From the NCBI GenBank assembly GCA_030390025.1, contig CM059432.1, forward strand, positions 141,486,001 to 141,550,000: DNA of 64,000 nucleotides. Reading direction: 5' to 3'. The translations under genes were made by a program, and so were the position numbers. This DNA comes from Squalus acanthias (taxonomy: Eukaryota). A model generated the notes under the pieces. That model saw only the letters and a program-made list of their open reading frames with translations. It made no database searches and was not told the origin of the DNA. Each line of letters starts with the position of its first letter. Position 1 is the first letter of the stretch. This document shows, one piece after another, positions 1-13,126 of this stretch.

Positions 1-375
1 AAGGTTGAGAGGAGATTTGATAGAGGTGTTCAAAATCATGAGGGGGTCTAGACAGAGTAGATAGAGAGAAACTGTTCCCATTGGTGGAAGGGTCGAGAAC
101 CAGAGGACACAGATTTAAGGTGATTGGCAGAAGAACCAAAGGCGACATGAGGAAAAACATTTTTACGCAGCGAGTGGTTAGGATCTGGAATGCACTGCCT
201 GAAGGGTGGTGGAGGCAGACTCAATCGTGGCTTTCAAAAGGGAGTTGGATAAGTACCTGAAGGAAAAACATCTACAGGGCAACGAGGAAAGGGCGGGGGA
301 GTGGGACTAGCTGAGGTGCTCTTGCAGAGAGCCGGCACGGGCCTCCTTCTGTGCTGTATCATTCTGTGATTCTAT
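1..375 (+). mobile_element. CR1 LINE 3' end fragment
   Basis: Encodes the CR1 ORF2 C-terminal motif (RLRGDLIEVFKIM...RTRGHRFKV...FFTQRVV), followed by the 3' UTR and an ATTCTRTG-type tail (ATTCTGTGATTCTATGA). Confidence 0.85.
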
Positions 376-850
376 GAAATGGGGTAGAGGAGCAAAGGGA
401 TCTAGGGGTACAGATACAAAAATCACTAAAAGTAGCGACACAGGTTAATAAGACCATAGAAAAAGCAAACCAAGCACTGGGGTTCATTTCTAGAGGGATA
501 GAATTGGCGAGCAGAAAGGTTATGTTCAACTTGTATAGCACCTTGGTTAGACTACACTGAAGACTACTGTGCACAGTTTAGGTCTCCATATTATAAAAAG
601 GATATAAAGGTACTGGAGAAGGTGCAAAAAAAAAAGATTGACAAGTATGATACCAGAACTGAGAGGTTATACCTATCAGGAGTGGTGGAAGCAGATTCAA
701 TAGTAACTTTCAAAAGGGAATTGGATAAATACTTGAAACGGAGAAATTTACAGGTTATGGGGAAAGAGCAGAGAGTGGGACTAATCGGATCGCTCTACCA
801 AAGAGCCGGTGCAGACACGATGGGCCGAATGGCCTCCTTCTGTGCTGCAT
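376..850 (+). mobile_element. CR1 LINE fragments (RT C-terminal part, internal deletion, 3' UTR)
   Basis: GVEEQRDLGVQ...ALGFISRGIE...LYSTLVR-like decayed coding sequence, then a 3' UTR with GGGCCGAATGGCCTCCTTCTGTGCTG. Confidence 0.8.
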
Positions 851-1224
851 CATTTTTGGACCCAATATATACTGGGGCAGGATTTCCAAGGGGCGGGGAG
901 GAGTTCTGGTTGGAAAACATGGAAGTCCGGGTTTCCCCGAACGCTGTGAAGTTTTAACTCAATGGCAGCGTCTTTTTGTTTCAACAGGATCCCCACCATC
1001 CTGAGTGACAGGCTTGGCTCCCTGTCGGGCAGGGAATGCTGCAGCAGAGGTTTCTTGCTGCTGAGGTAGAGATCGCGGGGGGGGTGGGGGTGGGGGTGGG
1101 GGTGGGTACCGCGTGTCTTGGAGGGTGATCACGAGGGTGTCAGAGAGAGATTGGGGGCAGAGATAGGGGATGGGAGGGTCGCGGGAGATCGGTTGATTGC
1201 GGCAAGGTCAGTGATCGTGGGGGA

Positions 1225-4200
1225 TTTCAGAGAACGCACAGCGCTCACACTACCGAGTTCAGAGAACGCACAGCGCTCACACTACCGAGTTCAGAGAACG
1301 CACAGCGCTCACACTACCGAGTTCAGAGAACGCACAGCGCTCACACTACCGAGTTCAGAGAACGCACAGCGCTCACACTCCCGAGTTCAGAGAACACACA
1401 ACGCTCACACTACCGAGTTCAGAGAACGCACAGCGCTCACACTACCGAGTTCAGAGAACGCACAGCGCTCACACTCCCAAGTTCAGAGAACGCACAGCGC
1501 TCACACTACCGAGTTCAGAGAACGCACAGCGCTCACACTACTGAGTTCAGAGAACGCACAGTGCTCACACTACCGAGTTCAGAGAACGCACAGCGCTCAC
1601 ACTACCGAGTTCAGAGAATGCACAGCGCTCACACTACCGAGTTCAGAGAACGCACAGCGCACACACACCCGAGTTCAGAGAACGCACAGCGCTCACACTC
1701 TGGAGTTCAGAGAACGCACAGCGCTCACACTCCCAAGTTCAGAGAACGCACAGCGCTCACACTACCGAGTTCAGAGAACGCACAGCGCTCACACTACTGA
1801 GTTCAGAGAACGCACAGTGCTCACACTACCGAGTTCAGAGAACGCACAGCGCTCACACTACCGAGTTCAGAGAATGCACAGCGCTCACACTACCGAGTTC
1901 AGAGAACGCACAGCGCACACACACCCGAGTTCAGAGAACGCACAGCGCTCACACTCTGGAGTTCAGAGAACGCACAGCGCTCACACTCTGGAGTTCAGAG
2001 AATGCACAGCGCTCACACTCTGGAGTTCAGAGAACGCACAGCGCTCACACTCCCGAGTTCAGTGAACACACGGCGCTCACACTCCCGAGTTCAGAGAACG
2101 CACAGCGCTCACACTCCCGAGTTCAGAGAACGCACAGCGCTCACACTCCCGAGTTCAGAGAACGCACAGCGCTCACACTCCCGAGTTCAGAGAAAGCACA
2201 GCGCTCACACTCTGGAGTTCAGAGAACGCACAGCGCTCACACTCCCGAGTTCAGAGAACGCACAGCGCTCACACTCTGGAGTTCAGAGAACGCACAGCGC
2301 TCACACTCCCGAGTTCAGAGAACACACAGCGCTCACACTCTGGAGTTCAGAGAACGCACAGCGCTCACACTCCCGAGTTCAGAGACTGCACAGCGCTCAC
2401 ACTACTGATTTTAGAGAACGCACAGCGCTCACACTCCTGAGTTCAGAGAACGCACAGCGCTCACACTCTAGAGTTCAGAGAACGCACAGCGCTCACACTA
2501 CCGAGTTCAGAGAACGCACAGCGCTCACACTACTGAGTTCTGAGAACACACAGCGCTCACACTCCCGAGTTCAGAGAACGCACAGCGCTCACACTCCCGA
2601 GTTCAGGGAACGCACAGCGCGCACACTCCCGAGTTCAGAGAACGCACAGCGCTCACACTCCCGAGTTCAGAGAACGCACAGCGCTCACACTCCCGAGTTC
2701 AGAGAACGCACAGCGCTCACACTCCCGAGTTCAGAGAACGCACAGCGCTCACACTCCCGAGTTCAGAGAACGCACAGCGCTCACACTCTGGAGTTCAGAG
2801 AACGCCCAGCGCTCACACTACTGATTTCAGAGAACGCACAGCGCTCACACTCTTGAGTTCAGATAACGCACAGCGCTCACACTCCCGAGTTCAGAGAATG
2901 CACAGCGCTCACACTCCCGAGTTCAGAGACTGCACAGCGCTCACACTCCCGAGTTCAGAGAACGCACAGCGCTCACACTCCCGAGTTCAGAGAACGCACA
3001 ACGCTCACACTCTGGAGTTCAGAGAACGCACAGCGCTCACACTACCGAGTTCAGAGAACGCACAGCGCTCACACTACCGAGTTCAGAGAACGCACAGCGC
3101 TCACACTACTGAGTTCAGAGAACACACAGCGCTCACACTCCCGAGTTCAGAAAACGCACAACGCTCACACTCTGGAGTTCAGAGAACGCACAGCGCTCAC
3201 ACTACTGAGTTCAGAGAACGCACAGCGCTCACACTCTGGAGTTCAGAGAACGCACAGCGCTCACACTACCGAGTTCAGATAACGCACAGCGCTCACACTC
3301 TGGAGTTCAGAGAACGCACAGCGCTCACACTCCCGAGTTCAGAGAACGCACAGCGCTCACACTACTGAGTTCAGAGAACGCACAGCGCTCACACTCTGGA
3401 GTTCAGAGAACGCACAGCGCTCACACTCTGGAGTTCAGAGAACGCACAGCGCTCACACTCCCGAGTTCAGAGAACGCACAGCGCTCACACTCCCGAGTTC
3501 AGAGAACGCACAGCGCTCACACTCTGGAGTTCAGAGAACGCACAGCGCTCACATTCTGGAGTTCAGAGAACGCACAGCCCTCACACACCCGAGTTCAGAG
3601 AACGCACAGCGCTCACACTCCCGAGTTCAGAGAACGCACAGCGCTCACACTCCCGAGTTCAGAGACCGCACAGCGCTCACACTCTGGAGTTCAGAGAACG
3701 CACAGCGCTCACACTCCCGAGTTCAGAGAATGCACAGCGCTCACACTACTGATTTCAGAGAACGCACAGCGCTCACACTCCCGAGTTCAGAGAACACACA
3801 GCGCTCACACTCCCGAGTTCAGAGAATGCACAGCGCTCACACTACTGATTTCAGAGAACGCACAGCGCTCACACTCCCGAGTTCAGAGAATGCACAGCGC
3901 TCACACTCCCGAGTTCAGAGAACACACAACGCTCACACTCCCGAGTTCAGAAAACGCACAACGCTCACACTCTGGAGTTCAGAGAACGCACAGCGCTCAC
4001 ACTACTGAGTTCAGAGAACGCACAGCGCTCACACTCCCGAGTTCAGAGAACGCACAGCGCTCACACTCCCGAGTTCAGAGAACGCACAGCGCTCACACTC
4101 CCGAGTTCAGGGAACGCACAGCGCGCACACTCCCGAGTTCAGAGAACGCACAGCGCTCACACTCCCGAGTTCAGAGAACGCACAGCGCTCACACTCCCGA

Positions 4201-7200
4201 GTTCAGAGAACGCACAGCGCTCACACTCCCGAGTTCAGAGAACGCACAGCGCTCACACTCCCGAGTTCAGAGAACGCACAGCGCTCACACTCCCGAGTTC
4301 AGAGAACGCACAGCACTCACACTCCCGAGTTCAGAGAACGCACAGCGCTCACACTACCGAGTTCAGATAACGCACAGCGCTCACACTCTTGAGTTCAGAT
4401 AACGCACAGCGCTCACACTACCGAGTTCAGATAACGCACAGCGCTCACACTCTTGAGTTCAGATAACGCACAGCGCTCACACTACCGAGTTCAGATAACG
4501 CACAGCGCTCACACTCTTGAGTTCAGATAACGCACAGCGCTCACACTCCCGAGTTCAGAGAACGCACAGCGCTCACACTACTGATTTTAGAGAATGCACA
4601 GCGCTCACACTCCCGAGTTTAGAGAATGCACAGCGCTCACACTCCCGAGTTCAGAGACTGCACAGCGCTCACACTCCCGAGTTCAGAGACTGCACAGCGC
4701 TCACACTCCCGAGTTCAGAGAACACACAACGCTCACACTCCCGAGTTCAGAAAACGCACAACGCTCACACTCTGGAGTTCAGAGAACGCACAGCGCTCAC
4801 ACTCCCGAGTTCAGAGAACACACAACGCTCACACTACCGAGTTCAGAGAACGCACAGCGCTCACACTACCGAGTTCAGAGAACGCACAGCGCTCACACTA
4901 CTGAGTTCAGAGAACGCACAGCGCTCACACTCCCGAGTTCAGAGAACACACAACGCTCACACTCCCGAGTTCAGAAAACGCACAACGCTCACACTCTGGA
5001 GTTCAGAGAACGCACAGCGCTCACACTACTGAGTTCAGAGAACGCACAGCGCTCACACTCTGGAGTTCAGAGAACGCACAGCGCTCACACTCTGGAGTTC
5101 AGAGAACGCACAGCGCTCACACTCCCGAGTTCAGAGAACGCACAGCGCTCACACTCCCGAGTTCAGAGAACGCACAGCGCTCACACTCTGGAGTTCAGAG
5201 AACGCACAGCGCTCACACTCCCGAGTTCAGAGAATGCACAGCGCTCACACTACTGATTTCAGAGAACGCACAGCGCTCACACTCCCGAGTTCAGAGAACA
5301 CACAGCGCTCACACTACTGATTTCAGAGAACGCACAGCGCACACACTCCCGAGTTCAGAGAATGCACAGCGCTCACACTACTGATTTCAGAGAACGCACA
5401 GCGCACACACTCCCGAGTTCAGAGAATGCACAGCGCTCACACTCCCGAGTTCAGAGAATGCACAGCGCTCACACTACTGATTTCAGAGAACGCACAGCGC
5501 TCACACTCCCGAGTTCAGAGAATGCACAGCGCTCACACTCCCGAGTTCAGAGAACACACAACGCTCACACTCCCGAGTTCAGAAAACGCACAACGCTCAC
5601 ACTACTGAGTTCAGAGAACGCACAGCGCTCACACTACTGAGTTCAGAAAACGCACAACGCTCACACTCTGGAGTTCAGAGAACGCACAGCGCTCACACTA
5701 CTGAGTTCAGAAAACGCACAACGCTCACACTCCCGAGTTCAGAGAACACACAACGCTCACACTCCCGAGTTCAGAAAACGCACAACGCTCACACTCTGGA
5801 GTTCAGAGAACGCACAGCGCTCACACTCCCGAGTTCAGAAAACGCACAACGCTCACACTCTGGAGTTCAGAGAACGCACAGCGCTCACACTACCGAGTTC
5901 AGAGAACGCACAGCGCTCACACTCTGGAGTTCAGAGAACGCACAGCGCTCACACTCTGGAGTTCAGAGAACGCACAGCGCTCACACTACCGAGTTCAGAG
6001 AACGCACGGCGCTCACACTCTGGAGTTCAGAGAACGCACAGCGCTCACACTACTGAGTTCAGAGAACGCACAGCGCTCACACTCTGGAGTTCAGAGAATG
6101 CACAGCGCTCACACTCCCGAGTTCAGAGAACGCACAGCGCTCACACTCTGGAGTTCAGAGAACGCACAGCGCTCACACTACCGAGTTCAGAGACTGCACA
6201 GCGCTCACACTAGCGAGTTCAGAGAATGGACAGCGCTCACACTCCCGAGTTCAGAGAATGCACAGCGCTCACACTCCCGAGTTCAGAGAACGCACAGCGC
6301 TCACACTCCCGAGTTCAGAGAACGCACAGCGCTCACACTCCCGAGTTCAGAGAACGCACAGCGCTCACACTACCGAGTTCAGAGACTGCACAGCGCTCAC
6401 ACTAGCGAGTTCAGAGAACGCACAGCGCTCACATTCTGGAGTTCAGAGAACGCACAGCGCTCACACTCTGGAGTTCAGAGAACGCACAGCGCTCACATTC
6501 TGGAGTTCAGAGAACGCACAGCGCTCACACTCTGGAGTTCAGAGAACGCACAGCGCTCACACTCCCGAGTTCAGAGAACGCACAGCGCTCACACTCTGGA
6601 GTTCAGAGAACGCACAGTGCTCACACTCTGGAGTTCAGAGAACGCACAGCGCTCACATTCTGGAGTTCAGAGAACGCACAGCGCTCACACTCCCGAGTTC
6701 AGAGAACGCACAGCGCTCACATTCTGGAGTTCAGAGAACGCACAGCGCTCACACTCCCGAGTTCAGAGAACGCACGGCGCTCACACTCCCGAGTTCAGAG
6801 AACACACAGCGCTCACACTCTGGAGTTCAGAGAACGCACAGCGCTCACACTCCCGAGTTCAGAGAACGCACGGCGCTCACACTCCCGAGTTCAGAGAATG
6901 CACAGCGCTCACACTCTGGAGTTCAGAGAACGCACGGCGCTCACACTCCCGAGTTCAGAGAACACACAGCGCTCACACTCCCGAGTTCAGAGAACGCACA
7001 GCGCTCACACTCCCGAGTTCAGAGCATGCACAGCGCTCACACTACCGAGTTCAGAGAACACACAGCGCTCACACTCCCGAGTTCAGAGCATGCACAGCGC
7101 TCACACTCCCGAGTTCAGAGAACGCACAGCGCTCACACTCCCGAGTTCAGAGCATGCACAGCGCTCACACTACCGAGTTCAGAGAACACACAGCGCTCAC

Positions 7201-8617
7201 ACTCCCGAGTTCAGAGAACGCACAGCGCTCACACTCCCGAGTTCAGAGAACGCACAGCGCTCACACTCCCGAGTTCAGAGCATGCACAGCGCTCACACTA
7301 CCGAGTTCAGAGAACACACAGCGCTCACACTCCCGAGTTCAGAGCATGCACAGCGCTCACACTCCCGAGTTCAGAGAACGCACAGCGCTCACACTCCCGA
7401 GTTCAGAGAACGCACAGCGCTCACACTCTGGAGTTCAGAGAACGCACGGCGCTCACACTCCCGAGTTCAGAGAACGCACAGCGCTCACACTCTGGAGTTC
7501 AGAGAACGCACAGCGCTCACACTCCCGAGTTCAGAGACCGCACAGTGCTCACACTCTGGAGTTCAGAGAACGCACAGCGCTCACACTCTGGAGTTCAGAG
7601 AACGCACAGCGCTCACACTCTGGAGTTCAGAGAACGCACAGCGCTCACACTCTGGAGTTCAGAGAACGCACAGCGCTCACACTCCCGAGTTCAGAGACCG
7701 CACAGTGCTCACACTCTGGAGTTCAGAGAACGCACAGCACTCACACTCTGGAGTTCAGAGAACGCACAGCGCTCACACTCTGGAGTTCAGAGAACGCACG
7801 GCGCTCACACTCTGGAGTTCAGAGAACGCACAGCGCTCACACTCTGGAGTTCAGAGAACGCACAGCGCTCACACTCCCGAGTTCAGAGACCGCACAGTGC
7901 TCACACTCTGGAGTTCAGAGAACGCACAGCACTCACACTCTGGAGTTCAGAGAACGCACAGCGCACACACTCCCGAGTTCAGAGAACGCACAGCGCTCAC
8001 ACTACCGAGTTCAGAGAACGCACAGCGCTCACACTACCGAGTTCAGAGAACGCACAGCGCTCACACTCCCGAGTTCAGAGAACGCACAGCGCTCACACTA
8101 CCGAGTTCAGAGAACACACAGCACTCACACTACCGAGTTCAGAGAACGCACAGCGCTCACACTCCCGAGTTCAGAGAACGCACAGCGCTCACACTCTGGA
8201 GTTCAGAGAACGCACAGCGCTCACACTCTGGAGTTCAGAGAACGCACAGCGCTCACACTCTGGAGTTCAGTGAACTCACAGCGCTCACACTACCGAGTTC
8301 AGAGAACACACAGCGCTCACACTCCCGAGTTCAGAGAACGCGCAGCGCTCACACTACTGATTTCAGAGAATGCACAGCGCTCACACTACCGAGTTCAGAG
8401 AACGCACAGCGTTCACACTACCGAGTTCAGAGAACGCACAGCGCTCACACTACCGAGTTCAGAGAACGCACAGCGCTCACACTACCGAGTTCAGAGAACG
8501 CACAGCGTTCAGACTACTGAGTTCAGAGAACACACAGCGCTCACACTCTGGAGTTCAGAGAACGCACAGCGCTCACACTACCGAGTTCAGAGAATGCACA
8601 GTGCTCACACTCCCGAG
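1225..8617. repeat. 32-bp tandem satellite/minisatellite, consensus GAGTTCAGAGAACGCACAGCGCTCACACTCCC, roughly 230 copies
   Basis: The 32-bp period is directly visible; copy number is length/32. The variable site is CTCCCG/CTCTGG/CTACCG/CTACTG. Confidence 0.98.
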
Positions 8618-8627
8618 TACAGATAGG

Positions 8628-8850
8628 AAGGGGGAGGCCAGGAAGGTATTTCAACATGAGGATGAGAATTTTAAAATCAAGGTGTTGCTGGACCAGGAGC
8701 CAATGTAGGTCAGCAAGCACAGGGGTGATGGGTGAATGGGACTTGCTGTGAGTTAGGATACGGGCAGCAGAGTTTTGGATGAGCCCAAGTTCATTGAGGG
8801 TGGAAGATGGAAGGCTGGCCAGGGGAACATTGGAATAGTCGAGTCCAGCA
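8628..8850 (-). mobile_element. L2-type LINE ORF2 C-terminal fragment
   Basis: Minus-strand translation IQNSAARILTHSKSHSPITPVLADLHWL...FKIL matches the typical L2 C-terminal motif (QNAAAR...HITP.L..LHWLP...FK). Same family as 62255-62758. Confidence 0.8.
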
Positions 8851-8924
8851 AATAACACACAAATGTGATGTCATGCATGTTGTAGGACCAACACAGAATA
8901 TGCTCTCATTTAAAAAAATGTATT

Positions 8925-10535
8925 TATTCATTCTAGGGTTGCAGGCAAGGCCAGCCTTTATCGCCCATCCCTAGTTGCCCTTGAGAAGGTGGTGGTGAGC
9001 CACCTTCTTGAGTCGCTGCAGTCCGTGTGGTGAAGGTGCTCCCACGGTGCTGTTAGGGAGGGAATTCCAGGATTTTGACCCAGCGACGATGAAGGAACGG
9101 CGATATACTTCCAAGTCAGGATGGTGTGTGACTTGGAGGGGAACTTAGAGGTGGTGGAGTTCCCCTGCACCTGCTGCCCTTGTCCTTCTAGGTGGCAGAG
9201 GTCGTGGGTTTGAGGTGCTGCCGAAGAAGCCTTGGTGAGTTGCTGCAGTGCTGATCAAGCGGGCTGCTTTGTCCTGGATGGTGTCGAGCTTCTTGAGTGT
9301 TGTTGGAGCTGCACTCATCCAGGCAAGTGGAGAGTATTCCATCAGACTCCTGACCTGTGCCTTGTAGATGGTGGAAAGGCTTTGGGGAGTCAGGAGGTGA
9401 GACACTCACCACAGAATACCCAGCCTCTGACCTGCTCTTGTTGCCACAGTATTTATGTGGCTGGTCCAGTTAAGTTTCTGGTCACTGGTAACCCCCAGTA
9501 GTTGGATGGTGGAGGATTCGGCGATGGTAATGCCATTGAATGTCATGGGGCGGTGGTTAGACTCTCTTTTGTTGGAAATAGTCATTACCTGGCACTTGTG
9601 TGGCACGAATGTTACCTGCCACTTATCAGCCCAAGCCTGAACATCGTCCAGGTTTTGCTGCAAGCGGGCATGGACTGCTTCATTATCTGAGGAGTTGCGA
9701 ATGAAACTGAACACTGTGCAATCATCAGCGAACATCCCCATTTCTGACCTTATGACGGAGGGAAGGTCATTGGTGAAGCAGCTGAGGATGGTTGGGCCTA
9801 GGACACTGCCTTGAGGAACTCCTGCAGCCATGTCCTGGGGCTGAGATGATTGACCTCCAACAATCACAACCATCTTCCTTTGTGCTAGGTATGACTCAAG
9901 CCAGTGGAGATTTTCCCCCTGATTCCCAGTGACTTCAATTTTACTAGTGCTCCTTGATGCCACACTCGGTCAAATGCTGCCTTGATGTCAAGGGCTGTCA
10001 CTCTCACCTCACCTCTGGAATTCAGCTCTTTGTCCATGTTTGGACCAAGGCTGTAATGAGGTCTGGAGCCGAGTGGTCCTGGCGGAACCCAAACTGAGCA
10101 TCAGTGAGCAGGTTATTGGTGAGTACGTGCTGCTTGATAGCACTGTCGACGACACCTTCCATCACTTTGCTGATGATTTAGAGTAGACTGATGGGGCGGT
10201 AATTGGCCGGATTGGATTTGTCTGCTTTTTGTGGACAGTGCATACCTGGGCAGTTTTCCACATTGTTGGGTAGATGCCAGTGTTGTAGCTGTACTGGAAC
10301 AGCTTAGCTAGAGGCGCGACTAATTCTGGAGCAGAAGTCTTCAGCACAACAGCCAGGATGTTGTCGGGGCCCATAGACTTATCTGTATCCAGTGCGCTCA
10401 GCCGTTTCTTGATATCAAGCGGAGTGTATCGAATTGGCTGAAGACTGGCTTCTGTGATGGTGAGGACCTCAGGAGAAGTCCGATATGGATCATCCACTAG
10501 GTACTTCTGGCTGAAGATGGTTTCAAATGCTTCAG
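8925..10535 (-). mobile_element. 5'-truncated non-LTR retrotransposon (second CR1-group family), decayed reverse transcriptase
   Basis: Minus-strand ORF pieces contain GPDNI, GVPQGSVLGP, FADDC and YKAQVRSLMEY, with frameshifts and stops. The 3' end is near 8925. Confidence 0.9.
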
Positions 10536-10539
10536 AATA

Positions 10540-11350
10540 GTGGTGAATGGGTGTTTCCCTGACTGGAGAGATGTATGCAGTGGGGTCCCTCAGGGGTCAG
10601 TATGAGGGCCATTGCTTTTCTTTTATATATAAATGACCTGAAGTTTGCGGATGATACAAAACTTAGCAACGTAGTAAATAAGGAGCAGGATAGTAGCAGA
10701 CTTCAGGAGAACATAGTTGACAGACTGGTGAAATGGGCAGACACATGGCAGATGCAATTTAATGCGGACAACTGTGAAGTGATCCACTTTGGGAGAAACA
10801 GCATGCAGAGGCAGTATAACCTATTTTGAGGGGGTTCAAGAACAGAGGGGATCTGGGGATACATATTCGCAAACCTTTGAAGGTGGCAGGGCAAGTTGAT
10901 AAGGCGGTTAAGAAAGCGTATGTGATACTTGGCCTTGTAACTAGGGGCATTGAATACAAAAGCAAGGAGGTCATGCTAAACCTTTACAAATCACTGGTCT
11001 CCTGTGGAGTGGCCTCAGCTGGAGTAATGTGTACGATTCTGGGCACCAACTTTAGGAAGGGTGTCAAGCCCCTGGAGAGGGTACAGAGGAAGTTCACCAG
11101 GATGATACCAGGGGTGAGAGAATTTAGTTATGTGGAGAGTTTGGAGAGCAGAGCCGGCTAAGGGGAGACCTAACAGAGGTATTCAAAACTACGAGGGGAT
11201 TTGATAGAGCAAGTAGGGAGAAACTGTTTCCTCTGGCAAGTGGGTCGGTAACCAGAGGTCATAGATTTAAAATAACTGGCAAAAGAACTAGAGGGGAAAT
11301 GAGGAGAAATTTCTTCACACAGAGGCTTGTTAAGATCTGGAACGCTTCTG
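10540..11350 (+). mobile_element. CR1 LINE RT C-terminal fragment
   Basis: GVPQGS, YINDL-KFADDTKL, WQMQFN, RGIEYKSKEVMLNLYKSLV and FFTQR motifs with frameshifts. Confidence 0.88.
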
Positions 11351-11445
11351 TGGGTTCAGATAACTCAGGCGCAGCTTAAACACAGTGGCATTTCCTGGGC
11401 ATATCCAGTGATCCTACATGGGAGAGGGGCGCGTCGCCCGTTACG

Positions 11446-11522
11446 CGCCCTGTCCGTTATACACCCCACCCGGTTATACCCCGTCCGTTAGGTGCCCCGC
11501 CCGTTCTACGCCCCGCCCGTTG
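11446..11522. repeat. Short degenerate ~16-bp tandem repeat (CCCGCCCGTTATACAC-like)
   Basis: About 5 degenerate copies; related to the array at 12720-13125. Confidence 0.6.
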
Positions 11523-11804
11523 CACTCCACAGGGGAGCAGGACCTTGCTGGGTGGGAGAGATCCATCCACGGCCCCTCACAACTGGAATTTAAAGGGGGC
11601 AATGTCAACGGGGAGAAATCATGGGATAAATCAAGCTTCACCCCAAATGCCTTCCTCTCGCAGCCCCGCCCCTCCCGCAACCGTCCACCCACCACCCCCC
11701 CCCCCACGTCCCCCTGGGTGTACTCTTCTGGTTGGGTGATTAAACGAATCATCTGTAACTTAATAAAACATTAAATAAAACTTAACAAATTAAATTAAAA
11801 TTTG

Positions 11805-12004
11805 ATTGGCCGGGGTGATGATGCACTCCAGTCCCCGGGGCGCCCACCGGTCGCGGAAGGCCTCAAGAAGCGTGCCGGCGGACACCGTGTGCCTCCCCGG
11901 GTGTAAATCTTCCCTTCCTCTGCACCCTCCAACCCCGGGAATTCCTGGGCGCTCCGATTCTTGTAAGCCGAGGTGCTTTCAGCGAACATTCTCTGTGGAG
12001 TGAG
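11805..12004 (+). promoter_or_regulatory. Candidate CpG-rich promoter / non-coding first exon ending at donor GAG|GTAACA
   Basis: Non-repetitive, CpG-rich segment ending at a donor-like site at 12004/12005, about 180 bp upstream of a candidate small exon. Inference only. Confidence 0.3.
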
Positions 12005-12184
12005 GTAACAAGATTTACAAGAATCTGATACTTACACCCGTGAGGAAATGACCACACTGCAGGCAGCCTGCTCTCAGTCTGGGAGTGGCCGGAGCAGGCT
12101 CTGGGAATGACGCCATCTGCTCTCTGCAGCCCTGAAACACTGACCCAACAGCACTGCATTAATCGCCATTCTTTATTCCGACAG

Positions 12185-12243
12185 CTGCAACATCTTTGCC
12201 TGCTCGTTACCAGAGTGTGAACAGACCGAGGCTTCTAAAACCG
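12185..12243 (+). other. Candidate 59-nt upstream exon of the ENTPD3-like gene
   Basis: Acceptor CATTCTTTATTCCGACAG| and consensus donor CCG|GTAAGT. One frame reads IFACSLPECEQTEASKT(G), resembling the ENTPD3 N-terminus (MFTVLTRQPCEQAG in human, from memory), and ends in phase 1. Confidence 0.45.
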
Positions 12244-12719
12244 GTAAGTGTCTGTTTTAAGAAATCATTTTCATGTTTAGCTTTCACTGTCAGGCAGCGA
12301 GAATTTAATTTGTGTGTTCTCAGGGATGCTGAGAACTCGCTGCAATTCTCTGGGTGTGAGTGTGGGGAGATCATTCTGATTGGGGCAATTCAGTGACTGA
12401 TCGAAGTCCGCAGTACCTGTGGCTTCAGGAGACTGGAGTGCAGGTTAAACTTAAATGCGGCAGCAAAATGAAACCGCGTCCTGGACGCAGTGAGGATTTC
12501 CTGGGTAAATTCAGTGAGCCCACAGGAAGTCTCGCTCGATAGGGGCGATGGGCAGGTCTGAGCCAGAACTGCTGCACCGACTCTCTGACCTGTCACACAA
12601 CTGACCCTCCTGTGACCAACGATCAAATGTGTATAGAAATAAATGTGTTTAAGATGTCCACATTTGTCCACATTTCAGCTTCATCGGTGGGCAGAAAACT
12701 GGCGGGAGTAGATCACCCC

Positions 12720-13125
12720 ATTATACACCCCGCCCGTTATAGACCCCGCCCGTTATAGACCCGCTCTTAATACACCCGTCCGTTATACACCCCGCCCGTT
12801 ATAGACCCGCTCTTAATACACCCGTCCGTTATACACCCCGCCCGTTATACACCCGCCCGTTATACACCCGCCCGTTATACACCCCGCCCGTTATACACCC
12901 CGCCCGTTATACACCCCGCCCGTTATACACCCGCTCTTAATACACCCGCCCATTATAGACCCCGCCCGTTATACACCAGCTCTTAATACACCCGCCCATT
13001 ATACACCCGCCCGTTATAGACCCCGCCCGTTATACACCCACTCTTAATACACCCGCCCGTTATACACCCACGCCCGTTATACACCCCGCCAGTTATACAC
13101 CCACCTATTATACACACCGCCCGTT
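12720..13125. repeat. 15-16-bp tandem repeat (ATACACCCCGCCCGTT / ATACACCCGCTCTTA)
   Basis: Directly visible periodicity; abuts the 26-bp satellite. Confidence 0.9.
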
Positions 13126-13126
13126 A

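Noticed and set aside
1118..8708. Long plus-strand ORFs of RERTALTLPSSENAQRSHSRVQRTHSAHT repeats
   Set aside because: Same artefact from a stop-free 32-bp unit; ORFs overlap in all frames.
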